This document shows positions 1 to 13,380 of a stretch of 64,000 nucleotides of DNA, piece after piece. Both the position numbers and the translations under genes were made by a program. How positions within the stretch are numbered: position 1 is the first letter of the stretch; each line of letters opens with the position of its first letter. The notes beneath the pieces are model-generated. The model did no database searches, was not told where the DNA came from, and worked only from the letters and a program-made list of their open reading frames with translations. Source of the DNA: Squalus acanthias (Eukaryota); NCBI GenBank assembly GCA_030390025.1, contig JASTWF010000035.1, positions 4,278,001 through 4,342,000 of the forward strand, given 5' to 3'.

Positions 1-3000
1 GTCAGTGTTCTGTAGAGTGTGGGTCAGTGTTCTATAGAGTGTGGGTCAGTGTTCTATAGAGTGTGGGACAGTGTTCTATAGGGTGTGGGTCAGTGTTCTA
101 TAGAGTGTGGGTCAGTGTTCTATAGGGTGTGGGCCGGTGTTCTATAGAGTGTGGGCCAGTCTTCTATAGAGTGTGGGCCAGTGTTCTATAGGGTGTGGGT
201 CAGTGTTATATAGAGTGTGGTTCAGTGTTCTATCGGGTTTGGGCCAGTGTTCTATAGAGTGTGTGTCAGTGTTCTATTGGGTGTGGGTCAGTGTTGTATA
301 GAGTGTGGTTCAGTGTTCTATCGGGTGTGGGTCAGTGTTCTATAGAGTGTGGGTCAGTGTTGTATAGAGTGTGGGTCAGTGTTGTATAGAGTGTGGTTCA
401 GTGTTCTATCGGGTGTGGGTCAGTGTTCTATAGAGTGTGGTTCAGTGTTCTATTGGGTGTGGGTCAGTGTTCTGTAGAGTGTGGGTCAGTGTTCTATAGG
501 GTGTGGGTCAGTGTTCTATAGGGTGTGGGTCAGTGTTCTATAGGGTGTGGGTCAGTGTTCCATAGAGTGTGGGTCAGTGTTCTATAGAGTGTGGGTCAGT
601 GTTCTATAGAGTGTGGGTCAGTGTATTCTATAGGGTGTGGGTCAGTGTTCTATAGGGTGTGGGTCAGTGTTCTATTGGATGTGGGTCAGTGTTCAATCGG
701 GTGTGGGTCAGTGTTCTATTGGATGTGGGCCAGTGTTCTGTAGGGTGTGGGCCAGTGTTCTATAGGGTATGGGTCAGTGTTCTATTGGATGTGGGCCAGT
801 GTTCTATAGGGTCTGGGTCAGTGTTCTATTGGATGTGGGTCAGTGTTCTATAGAGTGTGGGTCAGTGTATTCTATAGGGTGTGGTCAGTGTTCTATAGGG
901 TGTGGGTCAGTGTTCTATTGGATGTGGGTCAGTCTTCTATCGGGTGTGGGCCAGTGTTCTATAGAGTGTGGGTCAGTGTTCTGTAGAGTGTGGGTCAGTG
1001 TTCTATAGAGTGTGGGTCAGTGTTCTATAGGGTGTGGGTCAGTGTTCTGTAGAGTGTGGGTCAGTGTTCTGTAGAGTGTGGGACAGTGTTCTATCGGGTG
1101 TGGGTCAGTGTTCTATAGAGTGTGGGTCAGTGTTCTATAGGGTGTGGGTCAGTGTTCTATAGAGTGTGGATCAGTGTTCTATAGGGTGTGGGTCAGTGTC
1201 CTATAGAGTGTGGGTCAGTGTTCTGTAGAGTGTGGGTCAGTGTTCTATAGGTGTGGGTCAGTGTTCTATAGGTGTGGGTCAGTGTTCTATAGAGTGTGGG
1301 TCAGTGTTCTATAGGATGTGGGTCAGTGTTCTATAGAGTGTGGGTCAGTGTTCTATAGGGTGTGGGTCAGTGTTCTATAGAGTGTGGGTCAGTGTTCTGT
1401 AGAGTGTGGGTCAGTGTTCTATAGAGTGTGGGTCAGTGTTCTATAGGGTGTGGGTCAGTGTTCTATAGAGTGTGGGTCAGTGTTCTGTAGAGTGTGGGTC
1501 AGTGTTCTATAGAGTGTGGGTCAGTGTTCTATAGGGTGTGGGTCAGTGTTCTATTGGGTGTGGGTCAGTGTTGTATAGAGTGTGGGTCAGTGTTCTATAG
1601 GGTGTGGGTCAGTGTTCTATAGAGTGTGGGTCAGTGTTCTGTAGAGTGTGGGTCAGTGTTCTATAGAGTGTGGGTCAGTGTTCTATAGAGTGTGGGACAG
1701 TGTTCTATAGGGTGTGGGTCAGTGTTCTATAGAGTGTGGGTCAGTGTTCTATAGGGTGTGGGCCGGTGTTCTATAGAGTGTGGGCCAGTCTTCTATAGAG
1801 TGTGGGCCAGTGTTCTATAGGGTGTGGGTCAGTGTTATATAGAGTGTGGTTCAGTGTTCTATCGGGTTTGGGCCAGTGTTCTATAGAGTGTGTGTCAGTG
1901 TTCTATTGGGTGTGGGTCAGTGTTGTATAGAGTGTGGTTCAGTGTTCTATCGGGTGTGGGTCAGTGTTCTATAGAGTGTGGGTCAGTGTTGTATAGAGTG
2001 TGGGTCAGTGTTGTATAGAGTGTGGTTCAGTGTTCTATCGGGTGTGGGTCAGTGTTCTATAGAGTGTGGTTCAGTGTTCTATTGGGTGTGGGTCAGTGTT
2101 CTGTAGAGTGTGGGTCAGTGTTCTATAGGGTGTGGGTCAGTGTTCTATAGGGTGTGGGTCAGTGTTCTATAGGGTGTGGGTCAGTGTTCCATAGAGTGTG
2201 GGTCAGTGTTCTATAGAGTGTGGGTCAGTGTTCTATAGAGTGTGGGTCAGTGTATTCTATAGGGTGTGGGTCAGTGTTCTATAGGGTGTGGGTCAGTGTT
2301 CTATTGGATGTGGGTCAGTGTTCAATCGGGTGTGGGTCAGTGTTCTATTGGATGTGGGCCAGTGTTCTGTAGGGTGTGGGCCAGTGTTCTATAGGGTATG
2401 GGTCAGTGTTCTATTGGATGTGGGCCAGTGTTCTATAGGGTCTGGGTCAGTGTTCTATTGGATGTGGGTCAGTGTTCTATAGAGTGTGGGTCAGTGTATT
2501 CTATAGGGTGTGGTCAGTGTTCTATAGGGTGTGGGTCAGTGTTCTATTGGATGTGGGTCAGTCTTCTATCGGGTGTGGGCCAGTGTTCTATAGAGTGTGG
2601 GTCAGTGTTCTGTAGAGTGTGGGTCAGTGTTCTATAGAGTGTGGGTCAGTGTTCTATAGGGTGTGGGTCAGTGTTCTGTAGAGTGTGGGTCAGTGTTCTG
2701 TAGAGTGTGGGTCAGTGTTCTATAGAGTGTGGGTCAGTGTTCTATAGGGTGTGGGTCAGTGTTCTATAGAGTGTGGGACAGTGTTCTATCGGGTGTGGGT
2801 CAGTGTTCTATAGAGTGTGGGTCAGTGTTCTATAGGGTGTGGGTCAGTGTTCTATAGAGTGTGGATCAGTGTTCTATAGGGTGTGGGTCAGTGTCCTATA
2901 GAGTGTGGGTCAGTGTTCTGTAGAGTGTGGGTCAGTGTTCTATAGAGTGTGGGTCAGTGTTCTATAGGGTGTGGGTCAGTGTTCTATAGAGTGTGGGTCA

Positions 3001-6000
3001 GTGTTCTATAGGATGTGGGTCAGTGTTCTATAGAGTGTGGGTCAGTGTTCTATAGGGTGTGGGTCAGTGTTCTATAGAGTGTGGGTCAGTGTTCTGTAGA
3101 GTGTGGGTCAGTGTTCTATAGAGTGTGGGTCAGTGTTCTATAGGGTGTGGGTCAGTGTTCTATAGAGTGTGGGTCAGTGTTCTGTAGAGTGTGGGTCAGT
3201 GTTCTATAGAGTGTGGGTCAGTGTTCTATAGGGTGTGGGTCAGTGTTCTATTGGGTGTGGGTCAGTGTTGTATAGAGTGTGGGTCAGTGTTCTATAGGGT
3301 GTGGGTCAGTGTTCTATAGAGTGTGGGTCAGTGTTCTGTAGAGTGTGGGTCAGTGCTCTATAGAGTGTGGGTCAGTGTTCTATAGAGTGTGGGACAGTGT
3401 TCTATAGGGTGTGGGTCAGTGTTCTATAGAGTGTGGGTCAGTGTTCTATAGGGTGTGGGCCGGTGTTCTATAGAGTGTGGGCCAGTCTTCTATAGAGTGT
3501 GGGCCAGTGTTCTATAGGGTGTGGGTCAGTGTTATATAGAGTGTGGTTCAGTGTTCTATCGGGTTTGGGCCAGTGTTCTATAGAGTGTGTGTCAGTGTTC
3601 TATTGGGTGTGGGTCAGTGTTGTATAGAGTGTGGTTCAGTGTTCTATCGGGTGTGGGTCAGTGTTCTATAGAGTGTGGTTCAGTGTTCTATTGGGTGTGG
3701 GTCAGTGTTCTGTAGAGTGTGGGTCAGTGTTCTATAGGGTGTGGGTCAGTGTTCTATAGGGTGTGGGTCAGTGTTCTATAGGGTGTGGGTCAGTGTTCCA
3801 TAGAGTGTGGGTCAGTGTTCTATAGAGTGTGGGTCAGTGTTCTATAGAGTGTGGGTCAGTGTATTCTATGGGGTGTGGGTCAGTGTTCTATAGGGTGTGG
3901 GTCAGTGTTCTATTGGATGTGGGTCAGTGTTCAATCGGGTGTGGGTCAGTGTTCTATTGGATGTGGGCCAGTGTTCTGTAGGGTGTGGGCCAGTGTTCTA
4001 TAGGGTATGGGTCAGTGTTCTATTGGATGTGGGCCAGTGTTCTATAGGGTCTGGGTCAGTGTTCTATTGGATGTGGGTCAGTGTTCTATAGAGTGTGGGT
4101 CAGTGTATTCTATAGGGTGTGGTCAGTGTTCTATAGGGTGTGGGTCAGTGTTCTATTGGATGTGGGTCAGTCTTCTATCGGGTGTGGGCCAGTGTTCTAT
4201 AGAGTGTGGGTCAGTGTTCTTTTGAGTGTGGGTCAGTGTTCTATAGGGTGTGGGTCAGTGTTCTGTAGAGTGTGGGTCAGTGTTCTTTTGAGTGTGGGTC
4301 AGTGTTCTATAGGGTGTGGGTCAGTGTTCTATAGAGTGTGGGTCAGTGTTCTGTAGAGTGTGGGTCAGTGTTCTATAGAGTGTGGGTCAGTGTTCTATAG
4401 GGTGTGGGTCAGTGTTCTATTGGGTGTGGGTCAGTGTTGTATAGAGTGTGGGTCAGTGTTCTATAGAGTGTGGGTCAGTGTTCTGTAGAGTGTGGGTCAG
4501 TGTTCTATAGAGTGTGGGTCAGTGTTCTATAGAGTGTGGGTCAGTGTTCTATAGAGTGTGGGACAGTGTTCTATAGGGTGTGGGTCAGTGTTCTATAGAG
4601 TGTGGTTCAGTGTTCTATAGGGTGTGGGCCGGTGTTCTATAGAGTGTGGGCCAGTCTTCTATAGAGTGTGGGCCAGTGTTCTATAGGGTGTGGGTCAGTG
4701 TTGTATAGAGTGTGGTTCAGTGTTCTATTGGGTGTGGGTCAGTGTTGTATAGAGTGTGGTTCAGTGTTCTATCGGGTGTGGGTCAGTGTTCTATAGAGTG
4801 TGGGTCAGTGTTGTATAGAGTGTGGTTCAGTGTTCTATCGGGTGTGGGTCAGTGTTCTATAGAGTGTGTGTCAGTGTTCTATTGGGTGTGGGTCAGTGTT
4901 GTATAGAGTGTGGTTCAGTGTTCTATCGGGTGTGGGTCAGTGTTCTATAGAGTGTGGGTCAGTGTTGTATAGAGTGTGGGTCAGTGTTGTATAGAGTGTG
5001 GTTCAGTGTTCTATAGAGTGTGGGTCAGTGTTCTATCGGGTGTGGGTCAGTGTTCTATAGAGTGTGGGTCAGTGTTCTATAGAGTGTGGGTCAGTGTTCT
5101 GTAGGGTGTGGGTCAGTGTTCTATAGGGTGTGGGTCAGTGTTCTATAGGGTGTGGGTCAGTGTTCCATAGAGTGTGGGTCAGTGTTCTATAGAGTGTGGG
5201 TCAGTGTTCTATAGAGTGTGGGTCAGTGTTCTATAGAGTGTGGGTCAGTGTATTCTATAGGGTGTGGGTCAGTTTTCTATAGGGTGTGGGTCAGTGTTCT
5301 ATTGGATGTGTGTCAGTGTTCAATCGGGTGTGGGTCAGTGTTCTATTGGATGTGGGCCAGTGTTCTGTAGGGTGTGGGCCAGTGTTCTATAGGGTATGGG
5401 TCAGTGTTCTATTGGATGTGGGCCAGTGTTCTATAGGGTCTGGGTCAGTGTTCTATTGCATGAGTGTCAGTGTTCTATAGAGTGTGGGTCAGTGTATTCT
5501 ATAGGGTGTGGTCAGTGTTCTATAGGGTGTGGGTCAGTGTTCTATTGGATGTGGGTCAGTGTTCTATCGGGTGTGGGCCAGTGTATTCTATAGGGTGTGG
5601 GTCAGTGTTCTATAGGGTGTGGGTCGGTGTATTATATAGGGTGTGGGTCAATGTGTTCTATATGGTGTGGGTCAGTGTATTCTATAGGGTGTGTGTTAGT
5701 GTTCTATAGGTTGTGGGTCAGTGTTCTATAGAGTGTGGGTCAGTGTTCTATAGAGTGTGGGTCAGTGTTCTATAGAGTGTGGGTCAGTGTTCTATAGAGT
5801 GTAGGTCAGTGTGTTCTCTCGGGTGTGGGTCATTGTTCTCTCGAGTGTGGGTCAGTGTTCTATAGAGTGTGGGTCAGTGTTCTATAGGGTGTGGGTCAGT
5901 GTTGTATAGAGTGTGGGTCAGTGTTCTATAGGGTGTGGCTCAGTGTTGTATAGAGTGTGGGTCAGTGTTCTATAGAGTGTGGGTCAGTGTTCTATAGGGT

Positions 6001-9000
6001 GTGGGTCAATGTTCTATAGGATGTGGGCCAGTGTTCTATAGTGTGTGGGCCAGTGTTCTATAGGGTGTGGGTCGGTGTTCTATAGGGTCTGGGTCGGTGT
6101 GTTCTATAGGGTGTGGGTCAGTGTTCTATTGGATGTGGGTCAGTGTTCTATAGTGCGTGGGTCAGTGTTCTATAGAGTGTAGGTCAGTGTGTTCTATAGG
6201 GTGTGGGTCAGTGTTCTATAGGGTGTGGGTCAGTGTTCTATTGGATGTGGGCCAGTGTTCTATAGGGTGTGGGTCAGTGTTCTATTGGATGTGTGTCAGT
6301 GTTCTATAGGATGTGGGTCAGTGTTCTATTGGATGTGGGCCAGTGTTCTATTGGATGTGGGCCAGTGTTCTATAGGGTCTGGGTCAGTGTTCTATTGGAT
6401 GTGGGTCAGTGTTCTATAGAGTGTGGGTCAGTGTATTCTATAGGGTGTGGGTCAGTGTTCTATAGGGTGCGGCTCAGTGTTCTACTGGATGTGGGTCAGT
6501 GTTCTATCGGGTGTGATTCAGTGTTCTATTGGATGTGGGCCAGTGTTCTATAGGGTGTGGTCCAGTGTTCTATAGGGTATGGGTCAGTGTTCTATTGGAT
6601 GTGGGCCAGTGTTCTATAGGGTCTGGGTCAGTGTTCTATTGGATGTGGGTCAGTGTTCTATAGAGTGTGGGTCAGTGTATTCTATAGGGTGTGGGTCAGT
6701 GTTCTATGGGGTGTGGGTCAGTGTTCTATTGGATGTGGGTCAGTGTTCTATCGGGTGTGGGTCAGTGTATTCTATAGGGCGTGGGTCAGTGTTCTATAGG
6801 GTGTGGGTCAGTGTATTATATAGGGTGTGTGTCAGTGTTCTATTGGGTGTGGGTCAGTGTTGTATAGAGTGTGGTTCAGTGTTCTATCGGGTGTGGGTCA
6901 GTGTTCTATAGAGTGTGGGTCAGTGTTGTATAGAGTGTGGGTCAGTGTTGTATAGAGTGTGGTTCAGTGTTCTATAGAGTGTGGGTCAGTGTTGTATAGA
7001 GTGTGGGTCAGTGTTGTATAGAGTGTGGTTCAGTGTTCTATCGGGTGTGGGTCAGTGTTCTATAGAGTGTGTGTCAGTGTTCTATTGGGTGTGGGTCAGT
7101 GTTGTATAGAGTGTGGTTCAGTGTTCTATCGGGTGTGGGTCAGTGTTCTATAGAGTGTGGGTCAGTGTTGTATAGAGTGTGGGTCAGTGTTGTATAGAGT
7201 GTGGTTCAGTGTTCTATAGAGTGTGGGTCAGTGTTCTATCGGGTGTGGGTCAGTGTTCTATAGAGTGTGGGTCAGTGTTCTATAGAGTGTGGGTCAGTGT
7301 TCTATAGGGTGTGGGTCAGTGTTCTATAGGGTGTGGGTCAGTGTTCTATAGGGTGTGGGTCAGTGTTCCATAGAGTGTGGGTCAGTGTTCTATAGAGTGT
7401 GGGTCAGTGTTCTATAGAGTGTGGGTCAGTGTTCTATAGAGTGTGGGTCAGTGTATTCTATAGGGTGTGGGTCAGTTTTCTATAGGGTGTGGGTCAGTGT
7501 TCTATTGGATGTGGGTCAGTGTTCAAGCGGGTGTGGGTCAGTGTTCTATTGGATGTGGGCCCGTGTTCTGTAGGGTGTGGGCCAGTGTTCTATAGGGTAT
7601 GGGTCAGCGTTCTATTGGATGTGGGCCAGTGTTCTATAGGGTCTGGGTCAGTGTTCTATTGGATGTGGGTCAGTGTTCTATAGGGTGTGGGTCAGTGTAT
7701 TATATAGGGTGTGGGTCAATGTGTTCTATATGGTGTGGGTCAGTGTATTCTATGGGGTGTGTGTTAGTGTTCTATAGGTTGTGGGTCAGTGTTCTATAGA
7801 GTGTGGGTCAGTGTTCTATAGAGTGTGGGTCAGTGTTCTATAGAGTGTGGGTCAGTGTTCTATAGAGTGTAGGTCAGTGTGTTCTCTCGGGTGTGGGTCA
7901 TTGTTCTATAGAGTGTGGGTCAGTGTTCTATAGAGTGTGGGTCAGTGTTCTATAGGGTGTGGGTCAGTGTTGTATAGAGTGTGGGTCAGTGTTCTATAGG
8001 GTGTGGTTCAGTGTTGTATAGAGTGTGGGTCAGTGTGTTCTCTCGGGTGTGGGTCATTGTTCTATAGAGTGTAGGTCAGTGTGTTCTCTCGGGTGTGGGT
8101 CATTGTTCTATAGAGTGTGGGTCAGTGTTCTATAGAGTGTGGGTCTGTGTTCTATAGAGTGTGGGTCTGTGTTCTATAGAGTGTGGGTCTGTGTTCTATA
8201 GAGTGTGGGTCTGTGTTCTATAGAGTGTGGGACAGTGTTCTATAGGGTGTGGGTCAGTGTTCTATAGAGTGTGGGTCAGTGTTCTATAGAGTGTGGATTA
8301 GTGTTCTATAGAGTGTGGGTCTGTGTTCTATAGGGTGTGGGTCAGTGTTGTATGGAGTGTGGGTCAGTGTTCTATAGGGTGCGGGTCAGTGTTCTATAGT
8401 GTGCGGGTCAGTGTTCTATAGTGTGTGTCAGTGTTCTATAGAGTGTGGGTCAGTGTTCTATAGAGTGTGGGTCAGTGTTGTATAGAGTGTGGGACAGTGT
8501 TCTATAGAGTGTGGGTCAGTGTTCTATAGAGTGTGGGACAGTGTTCTATCGGGTGTGGGTCAGTGTTCTATAGAGTGTGGGTCAGTGTTCTATAGGGTGT
8601 GGGTCAGTGTTCTATAGAGTGTGGATCAGTGTTCTATAGGGTGTGGGTCAGTGTTCTATAGAGTGTGGGTCAGTGTTCTGTAGAGTGTGGGTCAGTGTTC
8701 TATAGAGTGTGGGTCAGTGTTCTATAGGGTGTGGGTCAGTGTTCTATAGAGTGTGGGTCAGTGTTCTATAGGGTGTGGGTCAGTGTTCTATAGGGTGTGG
8801 GTCAGTGTTCTATAGAGTGTGGGTCAGTGTTCTGTAGAGTGTGGGTCAGTGTTCTATAGAGTGTGGGTCAGTGTTCTATAGAGTGTGGGACAGTGTTCTA
8901 TAGGGTGTGGGTCAATGTTCTATAGAGTGTGGGTCAGTGTTCTATAGGGTGTGGGCCGGTGTTCTATAGAGTGTGGTTCAGTGTTCTATAGGGTGTGGGT

Positions 9001-10517
9001 CAGTGTTCTATAGAGTGTGTGTCAGTGTTCTATTGGGTGTGGGTCAGTGTTGTATAGAGTGTGGTTCAGTGTTCTATCGGGTGTGGATCAGTGTTCTATA
9101 GAGTGTGGGTCAGTGTTGTATAGAGTGTGGGTCAGTGTTGTATAGAGTGTGGTTCAGTGTTCTTTCGAGTGTGGGTCAGTGTTCTATAGAGTGTGGGTCA
9201 GTGTTCTATCGGGTGTGGGTCAGTGTTCTATAGAGTGTGGGTCAGTGTTCTATAGAGTGTGGGTCAGTGTTCTATAGAGTGGGGGTCAGTGTTCTATAGG
9301 GTGTGGGTCAGTGTTCTATAGGGTGTGGGTCAGTGTTCTATAGGGTGTGGGTCAGTGTTCCATAGAGTGTGGGTCAGTGTTCTATAGAGTGTGGGTCAGT
9401 GTTCTATAGAGTGTGGGTCAGTGTTCTATTGGATGTGGGTCAGTGTATTCTATAGGGCGTGGGTCAGTGTTCTATAGGGTGTGGGTCAGTGTTCTATTGG
9501 ATGTGGGTCAGTGTTCAATCGGGTGTGGGTCAGTGTTCTATTGGATGTGGGCCAGTGTTCTGTAGGGTGTGGGCCAGTGTTCTATAGGGTATGGGTCAGT
9601 GTTCAATTGGATGTGGGCCAGTGTTCTATAGGGTCTGGGTCAGTGTTCTATTGGATGTGGGTCAGAGTTCTATAGAGTGTGGGTCAGTGTATTCTATAGG
9701 GTGTGGTCAGTGTTCTATAGGGTGTGGGTCAGTGTTCTATTGGATGTGGGTCAGTGTTCTATCGGGTGTGGGCCAGTGTATTCTATAGGGCGTGGGTCAG
9801 TGTTCTATAGGGTGTGGGTCAGTGTATTATATAGGGTGTGGGTCAATGTGTTCTATATGGTGTGGGTCAGTGCATTCTATAGGGTGTGTGTTAGTGTTCT
9901 ATAGGTTGTGGGTCAGTGTTCTATAGAGTGTGGGTCAGTGTTCTATAGAGTGTGGGTCAGTGTTCTATAGAGTGTGGGTCAGTGTTCTATAGAGTGTAGG
10001 TCAGTGTGTTCTCTCGGGTGTGGGTCATTGTTCTATAGAGTGTGGGTCAGTGTTCTATAGAGTGTGGGTCAGTGTTCTATAGGGTGTGGGTCAGTGTTGT
10101 ATAGAGTGTGGGTCAGTGTTCTATAGGGTGTGGGTCAGTGTTGTATAGAGTGTGGGTCAGTGTTCTATAGAGTGTGGGTCAGTGTTCTATAGGGTGTGGG
10201 TCAGTGTGCTATAGAGTGTGGGTCCGTGTTCTATAGGGTGTGGGTCAGTGTTGTATTGAGTGTGGGTCAGTGTTCTATAGAGTGTGGGTCAGTGTTCTAT
10301 AGGGTGTGGGTCAATGTTCTATAGGATGTGGGCCAGTGTTCTATAGTGTGTGGGCCAGTGTTCTATAGGGTGTGGGTCGGTGTTCTATAGGGTCTGGGTC
10401 AGTGTATTCTATAGGGTGTGGGTCAGTGTTCTATAGGGTGTGGTTCAGTGTTCTATTGGATGTGGGTCAGTGTTCTATAGGGCGTGGGTCAGTGTTCTAT
10501 AGAGTGTAGGTCAGTGT
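1..10517. repeat. 22-bp minisatellite (GTGTGGGTCAGTGTTCTATAGR) with higher-order blocks
   Basis: Uninterrupted tandem 22-mers from the window start to the gap; the same variant landmark recurs at about 659, 2288, 3897, 5286, 7489 and 9481. Confidence 0.97.
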
Positions 10518-10717
10518 NNNNNNNNNNNNNNNNNNNNNNNNNNNNNNNNNNNNNNNNNNNNNNNNNNNNNNNNNNNNNNNNNNNNNNNNNNNNNNNNNNN
10601 NNNNNNNNNNNNNNNNNNNNNNNNNNNNNNNNNNNNNNNNNNNNNNNNNNNNNNNNNNNNNNNNNNNNNNNNNNNNNNNNNNNNNNNNNNNNNNNNNNNN
10701 NNNNNNNNNNNNNNNNN
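10518..10717. other. Assembly gap (200 N)
   Basis: Run of 200 N, probably a scaffolding placeholder of unknown true size. Confidence 0.99.
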
Positions 10718-11075
10718 CTCACCCCCCTCTCTCCCTCACCCCCCTCTCTCCCTCACCCCCTCTCTCTCCCTCACCACCATCTCACACTCACCCCCCTCTC
10801 TCCCTCAACCCCGTCTCACACTCACCCCCCTCTCTCCCTCACCCCCTCTCTCCCTCACCCCCTCTCTCCCTCACCCCCCCTCTCCCTGATCCCCTCTCTC
10901 CTTCACCCCCCCTCTCCCTCACCCTCTCTCTCCCTCACCCCCCTCTCCCTCACCCCCCTCTCTCCCTCACCCCCCCTCTCTCCCTCATCCCCACCCTCTC
11001 CCTCACCCCAACTTTCTCCCTTACCCTCACCTTCACAATCACCCTCTCCCCCTCCTTCTCCCTTTCCTCCCTCTC
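10718..11075. repeat. C-rich tandem repeat (about CCCTCACCCCCCTCTCT)
   Basis: Degenerate pyrimidine-rich units of about 15-18 bp. Confidence 0.9.
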
Positions 11076-11152
11076 TGGGATGATAGGAGAGGTGGAATCA
11101 CAGTGCGATATCAACGCTGTTTGCAGGCAGGGCCGTTACAGAGTGTGACAGC

Positions 11153-11188
11153 GGCTCAGGCCCAGGCTCAGGCTCAGGCTCAGGTCCT

Positions 11189-11228
<40 letters not shown>

Positions 11229-11938
11229 CCAAGCTCAGGCTCAGGCCCAGGCTCAGGATCCAGGCTCCGGGCTCAGGCTCAGGCTCCAGGCTCCGGGCTC
11301 AGGCTCAGGCTCAGGCTCAGGCCCAGGCCCAGGCCCAGGCTCAGGCTCCAGGCTCCGGGCTCAGGCTCAGGCCCAAGCTCAGGCTCAGGCTCAGGCCCAG
11401 GCTCCGGGCTCAGGTCCTGGGCTCAGGCTCCAGGCTCCAGGCTCGGGTCCAGGCTCAGGCTCAGGCCCAGGCTCCGGCTCGGGCCCAGGCTCAGGGCTCG
11501 GGCCCAGGCTCAGGGCTCGGGCCCAGGCTCAGGCTCGGGCCCAGGCTCAGGCTCGGGCCCAGGCTCGGGCCCGGGCTCAGGGCTCGGGTCCCAGGCTCAG
11601 GCTCGGGCCCAGGCTCAGGCTTGGGCCCAGGCTCGGGCCCAGGCTCAGGGCTCAGGGCTCGGGCTCAGGCTCGGGCCCAGGCTCAGGGCTCGGGCCCAGG
11701 CTCAGGCTCGGGCCCAGGCTCAGGCTCGGGCCCAGGCTCAGGGCTCAGGGCTCGGGCCCAGGCTCAGGGCTCGGGCCCAGGCTCAGGCTCGGGCTCGGGC
11801 CCAGGCTCGGGCCCAGGCTCAGGGCTCAGGGCTCGGGCCCAGGCTCAGGCTCGGGCCCAGGCTCAGGCTCGGGCCCAGGCTCGGGCCCAGGCTCAGGGCT
11901 CAGGGCTCGGGCCTAGGCTCAGGGCTCAGGCTCAGGCC
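11153..11938. repeat. Hexamer-variant array (GGCTCA/GGCCCA/GGCTCG)
   Basis: Tandem 6-7 bp units with gradual variant drift from left to right. Confidence 0.95.
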
Positions 11939-12084
11939 TTCACACTGTTATCGGGCACGGAAGCAGGAGGGTAACTGGAGGCCTGTGGCTCCTGGCTCCA
12001 GCACAGTCCCTTCCATCGAGTCCCAATACCATTTGTCCTGAGGCTCACACAGGCTGATCACAGAATGATACAGTACAGAATAAT

Positions 12085-12210
12085 ATAAAAAAGAGCAGTG
12101 GTCCTAACACCAACCCCTGGGGAACACCGGCTGTAAACTTCCCTCCATTGTGGAAAATAACCGTTCCCCACTACTCTCTGTTTTCTGTCCTTCCCCAATT
12201 TCACATTCAC
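12085..12210 (-). mobile_element. Short CR1 reverse-transcriptase fragment
   Basis: Reverse complement resembles the ...SGVPQGxVLGPLLF... segment of the CR1 copies at about 38640-38740. Confidence 0.7.
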
Positions 12211-12212
12211 GT

Positions 12213-12515
12213 GTGTGGGTCACTGATCGGTACTGAGGGTGGGGATTGAGCCAGGGTCACTGATCGGTACTGAGGGTGGGGATTGAGCCAGGGTCACTGA
12301 TCGGTACTGAGGGTGGGGACTGTGTGTGGGTCACTGATCTGTACTGAGGGTGGGGACTGTGTGTGGGTCACTGATCTGTACTTAGGGTGGGGATTGAGCC
12401 AGGGTCACTGATCGGTACTGAGGGTGGGGACTGTGTGTGGGTCACTGATCTGTACTTAGGGTGGGGACTGTGTGTGGGTCACTGATCTGTACTGAGGGTG
12501 GGGACTGTGCCTGGG
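12213..12515. repeat. About 34-bp minisatellite (GTGTGGGTCACTGATCKGTACTGAGGGTGGGGACT-like)
   Basis: About 9 tandem copies ending about 45 bp upstream of exon A. Confidence 0.92.
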
Positions 12516-12561
12516 CACCCATTCCTGATCCGAACTGTAACTCCACTTCCTTGTTCTGCAG

Positions 12562-12739
12562 ACACCCATTCCCGCGTGTATTCAGCTCGTGCAGTCAGGC
12601 AGATCTGCGGAAGTATTTCCGGAAGGGTGGTGGGATGTGCCTGTACAACATGCCGGACATGAACAAACTGTATGGAGGGCGCCGGTGTGGTAATGGATAT
12701 GTGGAGGAGCTAGAGGAATGCGACTGTGGGGATGTGGAG
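12562..12739 (+). CDS. ADAM33: ADAM33/ADAM13-like exon A (end of metalloprotease domain, start of disintegrin domain)
   Basis: Acceptor ttgttctgcAG, donor GTgaga; 178 bp, phase 2 in, phase 0 out; encodes [32 protein letters not shown]...[18 protein letters not shown], typical of ADAM12/19/33. Paralog choice is from remembered similarity to Xenopus ADAM13/ADAM33; ADAM12/19 not excluded. Confidence 0.9.
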
Positions 12740-12784
12740 GTGAGAAACTACATCAGCAAAACAGCCAGAGATGAGACAGCAGAG

Positions 12785-13380
12785 ATCCGTTGCCTGCGAT
12801 TCGTGTGCCAGCTGGGAACTCCAGGACACTTCATGTGTCCTTGATAACCACGTGTGCAGGAAGTGCCTCCGGTTCCAGCTCAGGGTTTCTGAGCTTGAGG
12901 AGTGGCTAGCGTGACCTAACAAAGCTAGGTGGGACAGTAAGCTGTGAGGAGAACACAAAGAGGCTGCAAAGGGGTATGGACAGGTTAAGTGAGTGGGCAG
13001 TAAGGTGGCAGATGGAGTATACTGTGGGGAAATGTGAGGTTATTCATTTTGGTAAGAAGAATAGAAAAACAGAATATTTTTTAAATGGTGAGAAACTTTC
13101 AAATGTTGGTGTTCAGAGAGATCTGGGTGTCCTCGAAGAGGAAACACAGAGAGTTAGCATGCAGGTACAGCAAGCAATTAGGAAGGCAAATGGCATGTTG
13201 GCCTTTATTGCAAGGGGGTTGGAGTATAAGAGTAAGGAAGTCTTACTACAATTGTACAGGGCCTTGGTGAGACCACACCTGGAGTACACAGTTTTGGTCT
13301 CCTTATCTGAGGAAGGATATATTTGCCTTAGAGGCAGTGCAATGAAGGTTCACCAGATTGATTCCTGGGATGAGAGGGCT
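12785..13380 (+). mobile_element. CR1 copy D, left part (ORF1 zinc-finger remnant adjoining an RT C-terminal fragment)
   Basis: 12793-12914 translates [24 protein letters not shown]..., like the ORF1 N-termini at 19189 and 32203; followed by TKLGG...DRLSEWAVRWQM...RDLGV...RPHLEY; breaks at IPGMRGL. Confidence 0.85.

Noticed and set aside
10484..11083. ORFs spanning the N run
   Set aside because: Artefacts of the assembly gap and the flanking C-rich repeat.
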